DNA of 64,000 nucleotides from Alphaproteobacteria bacterium (GTDB lineage Bacteria; Pseudomonadota; Alphaproteobacteria; JAPOUT01; G958296285): NCBI GenBank assembly GCA_965204775.1, contig CBDBFH010000028.1, positions 25,555 to 89,554 of the forward strand, read 5' to 3'. Shown piece by piece: positions 57,391 to 64,000 of this stretch (position 1 is its first letter; each line of letters starts with the position of its first letter). The notes under the pieces were generated by a model. It saw only the letters and a program-made list of their open reading frames with translations, ran no database searches and was not told where the DNA came from. The position numbers and the translations under genes were made by a program.

Positions 57391-59674
57391 ATGACGGCTT
57401 GCCCGGCCAGCAAATATTTTGCCGCCGCGTTGCTTGCGATTGCGCTGGCCGGCTGCGGCGCGGGCAGTCCGTCGCTAACCCCCCCGACTGTTTCCCCGCC
57501 GGTTATGCCTATGGGGTCAAGCCCCTCCGGTCCCGCGCTCTCGGGGCCTGCGGCCCGGGCGGAATTCAACGCCCAGCCCAGTCTTGCCGCGATCAACGCC
57601 GATCAGGCCTATGCGCGGGGCTTCACCGGCCAGGGCGTGACGATTGCGGTGCTCGACAATCCGCTTCCCGAAGATCACCCCGAATTTGACAATCCGGCCC
57701 AAAAGTTCACCCGCGCTTATGATGATCGCGTGACCATTGCTGCCTGCGAGAGTTCGTATGGGCATGGGGCCCGGGTTGCCAGCGTCGCCGGGGCCGACCG
57801 CGACGGGCAGGGCATTCATGGCGTCGCCTATGACGCCCGGATCGCCGGGATTGATTTTGTGACCGGCTGTAATCCGCCGCGGTTTTATACAAAGACTCCG
57901 CCAGGCCTTTTCGGGGACGCCTCCTGGGGGGTGCGTCTGGAGCGGGCGGTGGCCAGCGGGGCGCCGGTGCTCAATGTCAGTTTGGGCTTTCTGGGTCTCA
58001 TCAGCGACTACGACGACGCCGACAGGAGCGCCCTGGAAGCAACGGCCTTTGACAGATCGCTGGCCGCCTTGCGCAGCCGGCTGCCGGACAGCGATCAGAG
58101 GCAGATTCGGGTTATCGCCGCCGGCAACTCCCATAATATCTTCCGGGACGCCGACCTCGACTTGAGGTTGGACGCCACAGATCCGGGCGTGATCGCCGGT
58201 CTTCCGGTTCTCTTTGCCGATCTGCTGGGGACATGGATTGTCGCGGTTGCGGTGGAGGTGAGCGACGCGGGGCAGGCGGGGGGGATCACCGGTTTTTCCA
58301 ACCGGTGCGGCGTGGCGGCGGCGTTTTGCCTTGCCGCGCCGGGGGCGAATATTCGGACGGTGGGCTATGACCATGCGGTGGGCGATGCTCCGGATGTGGT
58401 GCGGGGGACGTCTTTTGCCGCGCCGCATATTGCCGGGGCGGTGGCGATCTTGCTCCAGCAGTTTCCGGGGCTGGGGCATGAAGAGATCGTCACCCGCCTG
58501 TTTGCGACGGCGAACAAGCAGGCCCCCTATGACGATGAGGCGATTTACGGACAGGGCCTGCTGGATCTGGCGCGGGCGACCCGGCCTTCGGGAGTCTTGC
58601 GCATTGCCCGGCAGAGGGTTGTGGACGGGCTGGCCTCGCCGCTTTCTTCGAGCGCGCTGCTGGCCTCTGCGGCTTTGGGCGATGCGCTGGAGCGGGCCGC
58701 CGGGGGCCGGACGCTGGCGGTTTTTGACGCGCTGGATGCGCCGTTTTTCCTGCCCCTGCCCGCGCTGGTCGGCGCGGTGCGGAACAGGAATGATTCGGCG
58801 GAGCGTCTGGCGCATCTGGCCGAGGCCGGTGCTGGCGCCGGGGCGCGGGTTTTGGGCCCTGTGCGCCTGTTTGCGCTGCACCGGGAGCGGTTTGACGCGG
58901 GGCTCCCCGGCGGGTTGCCGGGCGGGCTTTCCAGCCCCTATCTGGGTCTGGCAGACGGGGGCATTCTGGCCGGGCTGAGCGGGTCCGGAGCGGAGCGGCG
59001 CAGTGCGAGCGCGGGGGTTTTCATCAACACCCCCGCCGAGACTTCCGGGGGCGGCGAAGCGCAGGCGAGGCGGGATGATTCTTCGCCGGCCTTTGCCGGG
59101 GCCGGGGGGCATGGTGTTAGGGCTTCAGGCCGGGGTCGTGATTGAAGACAAGGCGGCGCTGGGCACGCAGGCGCAAGGGGCCTTTGGCCCCTTTGAGCGG
59201 ACGGAGACCTTTTTCACCGGCCTGGACGCGGCTCTGCCGGTGACCGAGGCGTTTTCGCTGTTTGCCGCGGCCCATGCCGGATGGACGCGCGCGCCTTCGA
59301 TTGAGGCCGCGGGCCTGCTGCAGGAGGTGTCGCCTCTGCTGACCAGCGCCTTTGAGATCGGCCTTGCCGGGTCGGGGATCGTGCGGGAGGGGGATCGTCT
59401 GGCGCTGCGCCTGTCGCAGCCGCTCCGGGTTGAGCGGGGCGAGGGCGAACTGGCCTGGCCGACGGGCCGCCGCCCCGACCGCAGCGTTGTGTTTGCACGC
59501 GAGACGATTGAGCTGGCCCCGTCCGGGCGGGGGCTGGATTTGGAACTGGCCTATGCCCTGCCCTTTGAGCGCGGGCGTTTTGGCTTTGCGCTGGCGGTTT
59601 CGCGCGAGGCGGGCCATGTGCGGGCGCGGGGAGCGGAGTTTTCCGCCGCGCTGTTTTTCCTGCGGCGTTTTTGA
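57391..59674 (+). pseudogene. second lipoprotein S8 subtilisin autotransporter paralogue, reading frame broken (+1) near 59095-59110 at a G5/G6 homopolymer (pseudogene, phase variant or sequencing error)
   Basis: Passenger in frame 1 (57391-59145: lipobox LAGC, S8 motifs IAVLDNP, HGARVAS, GTSFAAPHIAG); beta-domain continues in frame 2 (59003-59674, ends ...FFLRRF); beta-domain is clearly homologous to that of the gene at 50721-53303. Confidence 0.6.
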
Positions 59675-59681
59675 GGCCGGT

Positions 59682-63380
<3,699 letters not shown>

Positions 63381-63384
<4 letters not shown>

Positions 63385-64000
63385 GATGCGGCTCCTGGCG
63401 CGTCTCCGGCGGCGGGGCCCAGCCCCAGCGCGGCGCAGACCTGAGCGGTCACCGCGGCCTGATTGAGGGTGTAGAAATGGAGGGCCTCGAAGCCTTCGGC
63501 GCGCAAGGTTCGGCATTGGCGCAGGGCGACTTCGACGGCGCATTGGCGGCGTGCCTGGCGGTCGCCATCGAGGCCGCGATAGGCGCGGCGCAGCCAGCGT
63601 GGCAGGCGCGCGCCGCATTTTCTGGCCATGCGCCGCATTCCGGCGAAATTGGTGGTGGGGATGATTCCGGGGACGATGGGGATGGTGATTCCGGCGCGGG
63701 TTGCGCGCTCGCGCAGCCGGAGGATGGCCTGGTCGTCGAAGCAGAATTGGGTGATGGCGCGGTCTGCGCCGGCGGCGATTTTGCGCTTGAGGAGATCGAG
63801 GTCGCAGCGGCTGGAGGCGGAGTCGGGATGGGTTTCGGGATAGGCGCTGACGCTGACCTCGAAATTGCCGGCGGCGCGGATGGCGGCGACGAAGTCTGGG
63901 GTTGAGGCGAAGCCTTGCGGGTGGGGGCGATAGGGCTGCATATCGGGCATATCGCCGCGCAGGGCGACGATATGGCGCACGCCCTTGCGCCAGTAGTCGC
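63381..64000 (-). CDS. metF: 5,10-methylenetetrahydrofolate reductase, C-terminal part (gene continues beyond right window edge)
   Basis: MetF-like sequence ([27 protein letters not shown]); only the 3' about 600 nt is in the window. Confidence 0.8.

Noticed and set aside
57391..59674. Treating the frame-broken autotransporter and metH as definite pseudogenes
   Set aside because: Both breaks are single extra bases in G/C homopolymers, the classic signature of sequencing or assembly error. Both are reported as apparent frameshifts instead.

Overview
This is a high-GC (roughly two-thirds G+C by eye) chromosomal segment of a probable alphaproteobacterium-like organism. It is densely packed with about 57 protein-coding genes. 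I found no rRNA, tRNA or CRISPR array. Most genes are ordinary housekeeping or catabolic genes:
- livHMG ABC transporter permeases and ATPase at the left edge.
- aroC and pdxH.
- A long co-directional operon containing xseB-ispA-dxs.
- tsaC/sua5.
- An NrtR regulator immediately upstream of nadA-nadB-nadC.
- glyQ-glyS.
- metH and the 3' end of metF at the right edge.
- Several acyl-CoA / beta-oxidation-like modules (FadD-like and feruloyl-CoA-synthetase-like ligases, an acyl-CoA dehydrogenase, two crotonases, a MaoC hot-dog protein, three SDRs, four MBL-fold hydrolases, two nitronate monooxygenases).

I cannot point to a defensible novel multi-gene system such as a defence island. The features that are not explained by ordinary annotation are:
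1. A sharply AT-rich (about 40% GC) single-gene insertion encoding an HAD-IB phosphatase, seamlessly embedded in a GC-rich operon.
2. Two divergently oriented, paralogous lipoprotein subtilisin (S8) autotransporters of NalP/SphB1 type flanking a 4-kb acyl-CoA cassette. One carries 21-nt tandem repeats and a Glu at the catalytic-Asp position. The other is frameshifted at a G-homopolymer.
3. A second apparent +1 frameshift, at a G5CG5 tract inside metH. Together with item 2 this pattern suggests homopolymer sequencing errors rather than real pseudogenes.
4. A perfect 21-bp palindrome (candidate NrtR operator) exactly between the nrtR terminator and the nadA ribosome-binding site. An unusual dual-specificity-phosphatase-like gene is translationally coupled to nrtR.
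5. A 250-bp intergenic region with a 20-bp long-range inverted repeat (a structured RNA or MITE-like element).
6. Orphan or DUF genes: the hypothetical protein at 33954-34763, a DUF2157/DUF4401 plus GDYXXLXY membrane pair, DUF1499 and DUF3179.

Many longest-ORF starts in the supplied track are N-terminally over-extended or are GTG/TTG starts. I corrected starts where conserved N-termini or RBS/operon logic allowed. My hand-counted positions for individual bases may be off by one relative to the ORF-track coordinates.
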